Below are positions 10,077 to 20,889 of a stretch of DNA of 64,000 nucleotides, one piece after another (position 1 is the first letter of the stretch; each line of letters begins with the position of its first letter). The position numbers and the translations under genes are program-made. Origin of the DNA: Pelagomonas calceolata (Eukaryota); assembly GCA_918797485.1 (NCBI GenBank), contig CAKKNE010000001.1:5890001-5954000 (forward strand). Reading direction: 5' to 3'. The notes under the pieces were generated by a model. The model had not been told where the DNA came from. It did not search any database and saw nothing but the letters and a program-made list of their open reading frames with translations.

Positions 10077-12638
10077 TTAGATCGAATCGAACATGTCCGC
10101 GAGCTGCCCCTCGCTCAGCGTCTCCGGCCCGAAGTCCTTTTCGGGTGCGGCCGGCGCCGGCGCCTCGACTTCGTCCTCGCCCGGCGGCGCGACGTAGAAT
10201 ATAGACCCCGTCGCCGCCATCGCGACGTCGGCGACGGCCTCGTCGACGGCCGTGTCCGGACTTTCCAACGCCACGAGGACGTGGAAGGTCTGCTCCGGGA
10301 AGTCGCGCATGAACGTGCGCAGGCCGTCGGCCGGGAAGCCCCTGGATGATGCCGCGTCCACAACCACCAGGACGTCGCTTGCGTCCTCGAGCATGGGCTT
10401 TGAACGTGTCCGCTCGCATTTCGACCATTTTGTGAAGAAGTTTGCCAAGGTATCCTCCGTGGCCTCGGCCAGCGTCCAGGGGAAGGAGGTCCCATCATCC
10501 CAGGCCGCGAAGGCCATCGGTACCGTCGCGGCCCGTAGGAACGCGGACGCGGCTTCATTAGGTCGCTCCCGGCCGCTCTTCAGACCGCCCGCATCGAGCA
10601 CCACGAGCCGCGTCGCATTTGGTATATTCACTCCGCAAAATATATCGGAGGCGTTGAAGCAGAGACATATTTTCTTCGGCGCCGCCATCGCCCAGTGGAG
10701 CTCGGGCGGCGCGGGGCCCGGGAGTTTTAGAGATTCATTCCTTCTCAGAGTAGGATGCCGCGACTTGGACGCCGTTATATCAAAGCACCGCCCGCCCGGC
10801 AGCGTCATCTCGAGACATCCATCAGAATTGCAGACGCCCTTCACCGGGAACGGCTCGCCTCCACTACTCTCCGCCTCGCGTCGCTTCAAGTCCACGAACC
10901 TTGATACAAGGTTCTTCTTCATGCCTCCCTTCTCTCCCAATATTGATCGTAACTCCGAGATCCTCATTTTCTCGGCCTCGCTTTGTACCTTTTTTGCATC
11001 AAAGTATACAGCAGGCTTGATGTGGCACTCGACCTTATAATCTGCGCATTCCTCGCCGTTCATCAGAAGCTTCCACTCTACCGCCCGCAACGGCGCCTCG
11101 AAGACACATGGGGAAGCGTTGCTCCTTTTATCAACGGTAAAGGGTACCTTATCTAGGACTGTCCGTTTCGATAACGTTTCGGTCACAGTACCAGTATATT
11201 CTCCTGGTGGAATTACGGAAGGATTGAGGAACACGACGCGATCGTCCGACGTCTTGTGCAGCAGTCTAGAAGCCCCTTCGGCCGTCGCGACCTCGACCTC
11301 GTAGTAGTCGGACGCCGGCGCGACGCTCAACGCCATGCGCGCGTCGTGGTCGGCGACCGTTGAAGATCCAGGATGGTACATGGGCCCCGGCACGAAGGTC
11401 CGGAACGAGTCGCTCCGCCTCTTCCAAAGGATGTCGTCGGCCCCGTCCTTGGCCCAGAGCTTGGCTCTAAAGCCGGCCTCTCTTAGTGAATCGGCGGCCT
11501 GCAATGCGTTCGCGACGCGGCCCTTCTGCATTAACTTACGTACGGAGGTGTCCAAATCTAGGACCTTCATGTGGCGTTTTACGGCGAACATCCCAATGCC
11601 TGCCTCGCGCACGGCCTTTCCTGGAACATTTACTAATTGCTCACAAGCAGCAAAGGCGACCTCGACCGCCAAATATATGGCGGCTTCTCGTGATCGTTTG
11701 TGTATCGTCTCGGCTAAGTAGACCGTCTTTTGCAGGGCGCGCTGGGGGAGTGACGAGGGCGGCGGTTCCACTAGTCTTTTAGATACATTCAACAAAACGA
11801 GGTTGGTCCTTTCAAAGGCCGATGGTTGTTCCGGTGTATCTGAGATCCATTGATTTCTACCTTTGACCACGTCCATATAGTCCGGCCCGAGTAGCTCAGC
11901 ACCCCACAGATCAATGGCATCTCGAATCGCGTTCAGGAACCACTCATAGTACCGAATCGAGGCCACCTCGGGGCAACACAATAGTGGTGTTGAGCTACCT
12001 TTGCCCGCCAATACACGGGACCAGCCGCGCGTCGCGAGTTGGGCATCGTCGATGGCCGCCAAGACCTTCGAAGCAGGCGCACCTTCATTCAGAGCGCCAC
12101 ATGCATCATACAAAGCGGCTGCTGCTCGTGCCACGCGACCCGTGACCACATCAGTCGTAGCCTGTTCTGGGGTAATATCCGGTTTGAAACTTCTCAGAGC
12201 TTCATTTAATAATATAACATCCATGGCCGAGGGCGTCCTTTTCTGCGGTTCTCTCATAACAAGCCAGGACAGGTGGCGCCTCACTTTTGGCTCCTTTCGA
12301 GTACTAAGCTTCCTCAGGTGTCTTTTTGGTGTGGACGGCGTGAGCGGTTTATTCTCTTGGGACCGCGTCTCCCAGTGCTCGAGCGACGACCAGTCGCCCA
12401 TGGAGACCGCCGAGAAGGAGAAGGCCTCGTCCCGATGGGCCAGCGCGCGGTCGGGCGACTGGACGGCAAACGACACGGATCGCGCGTCGTGCGGCGTGCG
12501 CTTCTTCTTCGGCGACACGGCTCCAGAAGCTCTACTGAAGTGGCTCTTGGAGCTGAAGGAGGCTTCATCGCGTTGCCGGCGGCTCCCGGGCGTCTGTAAG
12601 GGCGCGAGGACCGAGTCCTGGGCTAATTGCTGGTCCAT
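10077..12638 (-). CDS. Hypothetical protein with SAP-like motif and possible C-terminal vWA-like domain
   Basis: 853-aa ORF. KMRISELRSILGEKGGMKKNLVSRF is SAP-like. The C-terminal DVLVVVDA...FHVLVAL...VAMAATGSIF pattern is vWA-like. Confidence 0.7.
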   Translation of the reverse strand: MDQQLAQDSVLAPLQTPGSRRQRDEASFSSKSHFSRASGAVSPKKKRTPHDARSVSFAVQSPDRALAHRDEAFSFSAVSMGDWSSLEHWETRSQENKPLTPSTPKRHLRKLSTRKEPKVRRHLSWLVMREPQKRTPSAMDVILLNEALRSFKPDITPEQATTDVVTGRVARAAAALYDACGALNEGAPASKVLAAIDDAQLATRGWSRVLAGKGSSTPLLCCPEVASIRYYEWFLNAIRDAIDLWGAELLGPDYMDVVKGRNQWISDTPEQPSAFERTNLVLLNVSKRLVEPPPSSLPQRALQKTVYLAETIHKRSREAAIYLAVEVAFAACEQLVNVPGKAVREAGIGMFAVKRHMKVLDLDTSVRKLMQKGRVANALQAADSLREAGFRAKLWAKDGADDILWKRRSDSFRTFVPGPMYHPGSSTVADHDARMALSVAPASDYYEVEVATAEGASRLLHKTSDDRVVFLNPSVIPPGEYTGTVTETLSKRTVLDKVPFTVDKRSNASPCVFEAPLRAVEWKLLMNGEECADYKVECHIKPAVYFDAKKVQSEAEKMRISELRSILGEKGGMKKNLVSRFVDLKRREAESSGGEPFPVKGVCNSDGCLEMTLPGGRCFDITASKSRHPTLRRNESLKLPGPAPPELHWAMAAPKKICLCFNASDIFCGVNIPNATRLVVLDAGGLKSGRERPNEAASAFLRAATVPMAFAAWDDGTSFPWTLAEATEDTLANFFTKWSKCERTRSKPMLEDASDVLVVVDAASSRGFPADGLRTFMRDFPEQTFHVLVALESPDTAVDEAVADVAMAATGSIFYVAPPGEDEVEAPAPAAPEKDFGPETLSEGQLADMFDSI

Positions 12639-12749
12639 TTTATTATATGTGTTGGGGCAGCCCCTTCTCCTTTGGGTTTGGAGCCCTGCGACTGCCGGAG
12701 TGTTGCGCTCCCGCTGCGTGCTCTGCGGCGCTGCAAACTCGGGATTTTG

Positions 12750-12772
12750 CTAGTGTCTTACAGGACGCTAGC
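12750..12772 (+). promoter_or_regulatory. CTAG-box upstream motif
   Basis: ctagtgtcttacaggacgctagc in a divergent intergenic region. Confidence 0.6.
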
Positions 12773-12868
12773 TTTGCTCTGCGGCGCTTTGTTTTTCACG
12801 ATACGCTGCAAGGAGCGCCTTTTCGCGCCAGGCATTACACGTTGAAATCCTAGTGAAAAACGCCTACA

Positions 12869-13825
12869 ATGCCGCGCCTTCGCTCGCAGACGCGGATCAC
12901 CGGCGTTTTGCCGCGCGAGCTCCTGCAGCGCAGCCTGGAGTTTTTGCCTGTTCGTGAGGTATACTGCGAGGCGCAGCTCATTTCGAGCGAATTTCTTTCG
13001 GCGTCGCGGCGGGCGCTCACGCGCGGGCGCTGGCGGCCGATGGCGCTCTTCTCCAAGGAAGCCGAGGAGCACCGGAATAGATTTGAATACGGCGCCGACC
13101 TCTCGTCGTGGCACGAGACCTTCAAGGAGGTCTGGGCGCTCGAGCCCGGGGAGGTGTTCTTTGAGCTCGCCTACTGGGACAGTTACCGGTATGCTGCACT
13201 GCGCGCGGGTCAGTTCCTCAAAATAGTGGAGCCGAACATCGAAGGGCTGTCGCGGATCGTCGCCGCCTGCGAGTTAGCGCAAGAGGCATATGATGGTGAT
13301 AACGGAATTGTGCGGCTTGTGGGAAGTTGGGCGAGCAGTCTGGGCCACAAGTTGCGTCTCGGCTACCCCCCGCGTCCCGACTACCACCGACGACTCCTAG
13401 ACCGGGATGCGGAGGATCAATTATTTGGTCTCGGGCTGGAGCGGTGGACGGACCCGAAACTCGCGGCGAGCTTCGTACGGGACGTCCTCGAATACGATGG
13501 TTATTTTGAAGAGGGGGGGATGTATGAAGCTTTGCGTGAGGACTACAATGAGTGGGAGTTTATGGAACCCAGCTACCGGCAGATGCACGAGCGCTGGGCG
13601 AGGGATTGGCGGGATCGCGACAGGGCCGACGCCTTCGTGGCGGAATGCGTGCGGCTTCAGGCGGAGGAGGCGCTAGAACAGGAGAGAGACGAGAGGGAGC
13701 AGTGGGAGGCCCAGCACGGCTGGAAGTACTGCCCGCACGGGGACAAGTACTGGGACTGTCCGCACTGCAGCGACGAGTGGCATGCGGGCTTTGACAACGC
13801 CTCGGGAGACGACGAGGAGGACTAG
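12869..13825 (+). CDS. F-box-like lineage-specific family protein
   Basis: N-terminal LPRELLQRSLEFLP...ISSEF is F-box-like. ALTRGRWRP and EVWALEP are shared with 15979-16980. C-terminal CPH..CPHC. Confidence 0.75.
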   Translation: MPRLRSQTRITGVLPRELLQRSLEFLPVREVYCEAQLISSEFLSASRRALTRGRWRPMALFSKEAEEHRNRFEYGADLSSWHETFKEVWALEPGEVFFELAYWDSYRYAALRAGQFLKIVEPNIEGLSRIVAACELAQEAYDGDNGIVRLVGSWASSLGHKLRLGYPPRPDYHRRLLDRDAEDQLFGLGLERWTDPKLAASFVRDVLEYDGYFEEGGMYEALREDYNEWEFMEPSYRQMHERWARDWRDRDRADAFVAECVRLQAEEALEQERDEREQWEAQHGWKYCPHGDKYWDCPHCSDEWHAGFDNASGDDEED

Positions 13826-13883
13826 GCCGGTCCCTACCCCTCGAGTAAGAGTATGTGATATGCACGGCTATACAGATTCATCC

Positions 13884-15698
13884 TTACGCCCCCGCCGCCG
13901 AAGAAGCGATCCCCGGCACGGCAACATCCAGATCCCACTCCGCCAAACCACTCCAGAAGGCCTTGAACTTCGCCAGCCGCACGTCGAGCCGTCCCTTCAA
14001 AGCAGGCGTGTCCGCAAAGCCCAGCAGCACCTCCAAGGCCTCGCTCCGTTTCAGGACGGCATCCAACGAAACCTCGACCTTGGACCAGACGAGCTCCATC
14101 CTCGTAAACACGACGTGGAGCTCCCCCAAACACCGCAACAGGTGGTTCCGCGCGGGCCTACTAGAGCGAGCCACGGGCGGCGGCCGCAAATCGTCCGCCG
14201 TGACCGGCAGCATCAGTTCCAACACCTCGTCGTTTTTCAGGTCCAGCGGCGTGTTCGCGTTGGAGGGAGTGGGCGCGTCCGGCGTCTCCGGCACCGGATC
14301 ATCAAGTGACATGGACGCCGTCGCGCCGGCCAACCGAGGCGCGGGCGTCTCCGGTGGTGGTGCCTTCTCTTCAGTAGGCGCCTCCTCGCCGACGGCCTGC
14401 GCGAGCCGCCGCATCGCCGCGAGGTTGCCCTTCTTGGCCAGAGCGCACTCTTTTTCTAGATCAGAAGTCCACCTTCTCACGGCCCCGAGCACTTCTCTAG
14501 CGGCGTCGGCGTTCCTAGCGTCCAACGCAGCTTTGAGGTCGTCGATCATCTCCAACACGAGTAATGCAGTACCGCGTAATTTCGTCGCCAGTGCCCTCGA
14601 CGCGACGGCCCGCTCGTGGTAATCCAGGCCCGCGCTTCGTAGCTCCGGAGGTAATCCTAACGCCGACGACGCCACCAAAGCCGCATGGGCGTGCGCGAGG
14701 CCCATGGGGTTATCTGTCGATTCCTCTTCGGATGAAGCTTCGCGTTTCTTCTCGGGAGGCGACGCGGGCGGCGTCAGCGCCAATTCCGACGAGGGTAAGA
14801 GCCAGGGGTCCTGGAGCGCGTCCGTCGCCGACAATCGTTGGACCGGGTCCGCCGCGAGCAGCCTCAGTAACAGTCGACGAGAGTCTGGAGATAAATCATC
14901 GGGGACCCTAGCACCGACGATGGTGCCGTCCTGATCTCTATCATACACGGGAAACCGCGCGACGAGCATGACATACAACGTAACACCCAACGACCAGGCG
15001 TCGACTTTGTTATCGTAAGCGCCGATACCATCAGACAGGTCCAAATCCTCTTCCTTCGATAACGTATCTAGGTCCAGCGACTGGGTCTTGGTCTTCATGT
15101 TCTCTATTTCAGGTGCTAGGTACGAGGGCGTGCCGACCATGGTATGGGCGCGCGACGCGCCGACCATGCTGCCGGCGACGAGCTTGGACAGGCCAAAGTC
15201 CACCAACTTGACCTCATCTTCATTAGTACCAGTCACGAGGACGTTCTCGGGCTTGACGTCCCGATGGATGATATTTCGCGCGTGCATGTACGCGACTGCC
15301 TGGCAGAGCTTCGAGAAGATATTTCGCGCGGATGGCTCGTCGAACTTGCCCCGCGACAAGATGGCGTCGAAGAGCTCTCGCCCTTCTACCAATTCCATCA
15401 CCAATAATACGGTGTCCTGGTCGCCGTAGGCGCCGTACAACCTTACTATCGCTGGATGTCGCAGACTTCGCAGCACGTCGACTTCTCTTCGTAATCTAGC
15501 TATGGAGAAGCCACCGCCGCCCGCCAACCGTAACGCCCTCAAATCCATGGTCTTCACGGCAACCGGCAGGCCGTCGCTGCGCCGCGTCGCGCGTCGCACG
15601 ACGCCGGACGCGCCTCTCCCGACTTCGTCGCCCGGCGCCGTGTACTGCTCGTCGTACTGCGACAAAGGCTCGAAGACTTCTGTGGCGAAGGTGGCCAT
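13884..15698 (-). CDS. Ser/Thr protein kinase, CAMK group
   Basis: GRGASGVV, VAVK, HRDVKPEN, DFG, GTPSYLAPE and DAWSLGV. Likely ATG at 15698. Confidence 0.92.
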   Translation of the reverse strand: MATFATEVFEPLSQYDEQYTAPGDEVGRGASGVVRRATRRSDGLPVAVKTMDLRALRLAGGGGFSIARLRREVDVLRSLRHPAIVRLYGAYGDQDTVLLVMELVEGRELFDAILSRGKFDEPSARNIFSKLCQAVAYMHARNIIHRDVKPENVLVTGTNEDEVKLVDFGLSKLVAGSMVGASRAHTMVGTPSYLAPEIENMKTKTQSLDLDTLSKEEDLDLSDGIGAYDNKVDAWSLGVTLYVMLVARFPVYDRDQDGTIVGARVPDDLSPDSRRLLLRLLAADPVQRLSATDALQDPWLLPSSELALTPPASPPEKKREASSEEESTDNPMGLAHAHAALVASSALGLPPELRSAGLDYHERAVASRALATKLRGTALLVLEMIDDLKAALDARNADAAREVLGAVRRWTSDLEKECALAKKGNLAAMRRLAQAVGEEAPTEEKAPPPETPAPRLAGATASMSLDDPVPETPDAPTPSNANTPLDLKNDEVLELMLPVTADDLRPPPVARSSRPARNHLLRCLGELHVVFTRMELVWSKVEVSLDAVLKRSEALEVLLGFADTPALKGRLDVRLAKFKAFWSGLAEWDLDVAVPGIASSAAGA

Positions 15699-15897
15699 GA
15701 TGTCGCGTCGATCGCGTCGATGGCGTGATCCGCACAAGCGTTTGTGGAGCAGTGATGCTGGCGCACGCGGCGATGGCGTGGCGTTTGAGCGCTTGTTCGC
15801 AGCAGTGCTTTGTCTTGACGAGTCCTGCTGCTCTTGCAACGTGCGTATATCGTTGCTTGGGTGCCAGAGCGCTGCTACGAGTTCGACGCCTTGCTGG

Positions 15898-15919
15898 CTA
15901 GTGCCTTACTGCCGCTAGG
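15898..15919 (+). promoter_or_regulatory. CTAG-box upstream motif
   Basis: ctagtgccttactgccgctagg in a divergent intergenic region. Confidence 0.55.
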
Positions 15920-15978
15920 GCATATGGAGTCATTGTCGTGAACGACGTGCCTAACCGAGGATACGACAACGACAGACG

Positions 15979-16980
15979 ATGGTTCTGACCCGGAGCCAAA
16001 GGACCATCAACGTCCAGAGCTTGCCGCGCGAGCTCTGCGCCCACTGTCTCGAGTTTTTGCCATTTGCTGAAGTGCAGCCGTATGAGCCAAAGGTCACGCG
16101 GTCGTATTTCGGCTTGCGGCGGATTTTAGATGCGAAGCGCGTCTCGAAAAATTTCCGCTCGGCGGCGCGCTATGCTCTGACGCGCGGGCGCTGGCGGCCG
16201 CTGAAGCTGTTTTGCGAGCGGGGCAAAGAGGCGGTACTAGGGCCTCGTATAAATCGCCAACGCGGCGTGCCGCCACCCGAGGTCCCTGAACAGATGCAGG
16301 CCCTGTTCCGGGAGGTGTGGAGCCTGGAGCCTTGCGCGGTCCTCGTCGAGCTGGGTTCGTGGCCTCCAATGGAGACCTGGGGTACGCTCCCCGTACCATG
16401 GTGCGAAGGGCCCGGGCACTTCGAAGGAACCGAAGAGGCCCGCAGGGCTATCGAGGCGGCACTTCGCTACTTAGAAATCGTCGAACCGTGCATCAACGGT
16501 TACGGACGCATGCTCGCGGCGTTCGCTCCGTATCAGCACGAGCGCTTTAAACCAGAGCCTCTGTCGAGGTCTTACTTTGATGCAGAGTTCCTTTTCAAAG
16601 CGTGGTGGTTCAGAGCTAGTCCGGTTGATGAAGATGGAGATGATATAGTCCTGGTCGACGTGCTGTCGGAGGACTCGCTCGCCCCGGCGCTTCGGGCTTG
16701 GGAGATATTTACGGAGGCCGACGTGGGGCTCTACGGCGGCGTGGGTGCACAGGTCGGAGCACAATTTATGATCGCGCGGAACTTCCTTTGGTGGAAATAC
16801 CGGCCTTATCACTCCTTCGTACACCTCGTGCAGAACTACTGGGAGGATCGTCAGTTGGCGAGCATGTTATTAGACGTGCTTTTGGAGTACGGCGAAGGCT
16901 ACGCCATGAACGAGGGTCCGCGGGTCAGCATTTTTCGGAATCGTGAGGGTGAAGACCTGTCGTTTTTTGAACCTTTTTGA
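15979..16980 (+). CDS. F-box-like lineage-specific family protein (paralog of 12869-13825)
   Basis: LPRELCAHCLEFLP...VSKNF, ALTRGRWRP, EVWSLEP and YLEIVEPCING blocks align with the paralog. Confidence 0.75.
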   Translation: MVLTRSQRTINVQSLPRELCAHCLEFLPFAEVQPYEPKVTRSYFGLRRILDAKRVSKNFRSAARYALTRGRWRPLKLFCERGKEAVLGPRINRQRGVPPPEVPEQMQALFREVWSLEPCAVLVELGSWPPMETWGTLPVPWCEGPGHFEGTEEARRAIEAALRYLEIVEPCINGYGRMLAAFAPYQHERFKPEPLSRSYFDAEFLFKAWWFRASPVDEDGDDIVLVDVLSEDSLAPALRAWEIFTEADVGLYGGVGAQVGAQFMIARNFLWWKYRPYHSFVHLVQNYWEDRQLASMLLDVLLEYGEGYAMNEGPRVSIFRNREGEDLSFFEPF

Positions 16981-17006
16981 GGTTGCCTAAGTATGCCTAA
17001 AATAAT

Positions 17007-18335
17007 TTACGACGCCGCTGCCGCGTTGGACCCATCCCCAATCGCCTTCAGCGCCGGCGCCCCCGGCAGCGAGTACCGGTTCACGTGGTCCAGCAAGGGC
17101 GCCGGCGCGACCGGAGGCTGCTTGCGCTTCATGTAGTAGTACGCCAGCGTCAGGCCGTGGATGCGCTCCTGGAGGTCCTCGAGCGATAGGTCGTCCGTTG
17201 TGATGGGTGTCGATGCGCGGAGCTGCACGGCGTCGTCGCGTTCTCTCTCCAGCTTCCGCGCCCGGAGGCGCTCGCGGTCGCGCTCATTTTCCAGCGCAGA
17301 GATGGACGCCTCCAATCTAGAAACACGCTCGCGCCAGGCGTCCGTCTCCGATTGGGCGCCCTCGGCGACGCCTCTTAACCTCAACTCGCGCCGGTCGAGC
17401 TCCGCCTGCGTGTCCGCGGCCTCCCGCAATTCTCTGTGTGCAGCGTCGTGCCTCTCTTCAAGCCGCGCCACCTCCTCCTCGAGCCTCGCCGTCTTCGCGC
17501 GCTCGACCTCTAGAGCCCTTTCACTCCGGTCGGCGTCGCGCCGCGCCGCGCCCAGCTCCGATTCGAGGCGCAGCGTCGCCTCACCGACAACTGATTGCGA
17601 CAGGCGCCGCGTCTGCTTCGATTGCCTTACCAGTGAAGGTAATTCATCTAAGCGGAACGCCGTCAGCGACACGCACATCTCCCCGAGGTCCTCTTGCTTG
17701 TGGAGCCACTCTGTGTCGTGGAAGACGCGGATGGCCTTGGTCAGGGAGCGTCTTACATTGGAAAAGGTCTTGAGCTTGTCCTGTTCCGTCGTCGAGCACG
17801 GTTCTACTCGTAGCCACTCCCTATCCAGAACACAAAAAGCCGGCTCCGTAGGCAGCGGGTCCGGGAGGGACAGCGTGATGCGCCCCAACAAATCGTCCGA
17901 CGAGAAATTTTCATAATCAAAAACATACAACTCGACCTCTCGTATCGATGGGTCGTACTCGAGCATGACGTGGTGCTTCCAGACCGGGTCCAGCGACTCC
18001 TTGACCACCCGGGTCTTGATCTCCTGGTCCCCGTACTTCACCAGCACGTACGGGTCCGAGGTCTTGCCTCGCGCGTTGTTGTTGTTGCCGAGGAGCCTCC
18101 TCGCGCGCCACAATGATACTGAAAAGTACAGCGCGGCCTGGTCGCCGTCGTCGACGACAATGTCGACGTCGGCCACGACCGGCGCCGCCGCGGCGTCCTC
18201 GTCGGCGGCCGCATACGCCGCGTCGGCCGCGGCGTCGCGGAGGCTGACCTCGCGCACCTCTTGGGCTCGGCTGAGGGTCACCTCGATGGGCTGTTCGTCC
18301 CTGGAGCCCTTGCGCCTCCTGCTCTTTTTACCCAT
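17007..18335 (-). CDS. C2-domain protein with C-terminal coiled coil
   Basis: C2: GKTSDPYV...KTRVVKESLDPVW...VFDYENFSSDDLLG. Followed by a long E/R/A/L-rich heptad region. Confidence 0.88.
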   Translation of the reverse strand: MGKKSRRRKGSRDEQPIEVTLSRAQEVREVSLRDAAADAAYAAADEDAAAAPVVADVDIVVDDGDQAALYFSVSLWRARRLLGNNNNARGKTSDPYVLVKYGDQEIKTRVVKESLDPVWKHHVMLEYDPSIREVELYVFDYENFSSDDLLGRITLSLPDPLPTEPAFCVLDREWLRVEPCSTTEQDKLKTFSNVRRSLTKAIRVFHDTEWLHKQEDLGEMCVSLTAFRLDELPSLVRQSKQTRRLSQSVVGEATLRLESELGAARRDADRSERALEVERAKTARLEEEVARLEERHDAAHRELREAADTQAELDRRELRLRGVAEGAQSETDAWRERVSRLEASISALENERDRERLRARKLERERDDAVQLRASTPITTDDLSLEDLQERIHGLTLAYYYMKRKQPPVAPAPLLDHVNRYSLPGAPALKAIGDGSNAAAAS

Positions 18336-18599
18336 TGCTCCTTGCTAAATGCTCTCTTCCGCTGGGGCGGGCAGCCCTAACTCGATTGATGCGACGATAC
18401 GGTTTGAGGAGTTATGCTCGCCCTCTCTCGCAACCTGCTACGGCTGGCGCACGGCGGGCACTCGTGCCTTGGCAATCAAATGGCAGGCTCTGCCCCTGCA
18501 GCTGCAGGCCGTCTGTGCGGGCCGATCGGGAGGCACTTTTGGGTGCTCGCGAGTCCTATAGACGGGTCGCAGAGAGCTCTGATTGAGAATGACTGCAGG

Positions 18600-18622
18600 C
18601 TAGTGTCTTACAGGCCGCTAGC
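18600..18622 (+). promoter_or_regulatory. CTAG-box upstream motif
   Basis: ctagtgtcttacaggccgctagc upstream of the TLC gene. Confidence 0.6.
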
Positions 18623-18791
18623 CCCCGCCTCTCACAACCACACAAGAGGGCGTATCGAGTCATCGCTTCGGTTTCGCGCGAGTGGGGCGAGGCGGCGGGC
18701 TCTGCTGCACGGTCCCGGACTGGTGCAACCGCGACAGCGCAGCGTGCACCACACGCTGCGCATCAAAGAGGTGCAGAGGTGGAGTCTCAGC

Positions 18792-19742
18792 ATGAGTCTC
18801 CGCACCACACAACTCTCCATCACCCTGGAACGATTACCAGAATGGTTCCAGAGCCACGACCGCGCGCAGTCGCTGCTGCGCGTCGGCGCCTGGGCGGGAG
18901 CCTACTACGCCGTGCACCGGGCGACGTACGCGCTGTCGCTCGTCGCGGCCCCAAAAAACAAGCGCACACCCGGCGGCGTCGATTTAGATGGTCCGGTGCC
19001 GCGCTACGCGGGCTGTTCCCTGCGCAAGGTCGCGGCGGCGCGCGCGGCGTCGTTCGTGCACGCCGTGGGCTCGTTCGCGTGGAACGCGCGGCTCATGCGG
19101 CGGCACTGGAATGTTTTGCGCGACGTGGCGCAGCGACGGCCTGTCGTGAGATTTCTCGGGCGCGCGTTGCCGCTGTTGGCTTATGACGCGAGCAATGAGC
19201 TCCCCGGCGCGCGCGAGGCGTTGTGTTGTTCCTTAGGCTACTTCGTGCAGGAGCTCGCGCACGTCCTCGGCAACGAGCCGGATCCCGTCTTCGTGGCGCA
19301 TCATGCAGCTTACTTGGCGGCAACCTTACCCATCGTCTGCTCGCCGCGGGGCTGGGCCATGGTGAGCCTCGCGACGCTGCTCGCGGAGGTGACGAACCCG
19401 CTCCAGTTGAGCTGGGAGCTCGCGCGCGCCTTCGGCTGCGAGCAGGTCTACGACGCGCTGTCGCCGCTGTTCACCTTTGGGTTTGCAGTGTGTCGCGGCG
19501 TGCTGATGCCGCTGGCCATGGGAGATATCGCGGTGTCGATATTCGGCCGCGACGGTGGCGCGCGCGCGCCCCCGGCCATGCGCTTCGCCTACGGCGTCTT
19601 CTTCGTCGGCATCGGCGCGTCGGGCGTGTGGTTGGCGCAATTGATCCGCGGCTTCCGACGCTACCGGCGGAAGAAGCGGCTCAACAACAACGGGGCGGTG
19701 CCGAAGCCTCCGCGCGACCGGCGGCCGAGCGATTGTATCTAG
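18792..19742 (+). CDS. TLC (TRAM/LAG1/CLN8) domain membrane protein
   Basis: GYFVQEL, FVAHH, AEVTNP and F..CR motifs with several hydrophobic helices. Likely ATG at 18792. Confidence 0.8.
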   Translation: MSLRTTQLSITLERLPEWFQSHDRAQSLLRVGAWAGAYYAVHRATYALSLVAAPKNKRTPGGVDLDGPVPRYAGCSLRKVAAARAASFVHAVGSFAWNARLMRRHWNVLRDVAQRRPVVRFLGRALPLLAYDASNELPGAREALCCSLGYFVQELAHVLGNEPDPVFVAHHAAYLAATLPIVCSPRGWAMVSLATLLAEVTNPLQLSWELARAFGCEQVYDALSPLFTFGFAVCRGVLMPLAMGDIAVSIFGRDGGARAPPAMRFAYGVFFVGIGASGVWLAQLIRGFRRYRRKKRLNNNGAVPKPPRDRRPSDCI

Positions 19743-20889
19743 TATCATTATCTAAAAGTAAGTTGCCGACAGCTAGGCCGCCTAGCCACCGAGCCAACGC
19801 GGCCTGCTTGACGGTCGGGTTTTCGCGCCACCGCAAAACGCCCCGCGGTTGGTGTTTATTTCATGGAAGGACTCAATAGCGATGGAGAGACGTATTCAGA
19901 GGTATCCTCGCATCGACGTCGCGTATCGAATCGTAATCGAGGCGGCAAAGCGAGCAAGCCGTGGTCCCACGCTGGTACACACTTGATACCTGAACAGCGC
20001 TCATCGCAAGCCCACATATCATACAAGAACGCGAGAAAACTTCGACGCGCCTCGCACCGCCAATTTATCGAACAAGCCCATCGCTCACAAATGGGCGCTG
20101 AAGATGGCGATATTAGTTCAAGCCGGACTCGACGCGTCGTGACGCGCTTGTTCGGCGACGACCTGAGGATGCTCGAACGGTTCCAGCACGCGTCCCGTAA
20201 AGCTCCTCCACAGGTCCGCGACGCGACCGTACGGCGACCGGATGCACATGCTGGAGCGCGACGTCCGGAAGACACCGCCTTCTTCTGTACAGCTGGAGAT
20301 TACGGCGCCAACGGCGAAGGCGACGTCCCTTATCCGAAAGATCTTGGGCGCGGCGCCGAAGCGGTCGCGGAGCGAACGCGACGTTCGCGACGAAGCGCGC
20401 GCGGCTCGCCGCGCCGCGCGGTCACCGATGAAGCCGAGGGTTTACGGGTGGCGGGCGCCTCGCCTCTTCACGGCGGATCTTTGAACTCTCCTCGTAACTA
20501 ACCTTGTAGTCATTCATCCCAGTTCGGCACGGGTTTTACAGGTTTTAGAGCGAGCTTTGGCAGTCCATCTGCGTGCTACCTGACTAATAGCGTCCGGTAG
20601 ACGCGGCGACGCGTAAAGCTTTTGCAACATAACGACTTGGAGCCAATACTGAGCGAGAGAGAAGCCCACTTACCGATACCCGGTAGTACTTTATGTAACT
20701 AGGTGATCTCTGCTGAGGTCCGGCCTTGCGGCGTCGGGGGAATTGACATTGCCCGAGAACTCAGTCCGAGCTGCCTCTATCGTGGCAGTGGCTCGGATCG
20801 GAGCTTCGTGCAGCCGTACCAGCCCGCAGCTCGCTCACTGCCACGTTTCATTGCCTAGCCGTTGCCAGCCCAGTGCTGCCCCACAAACG

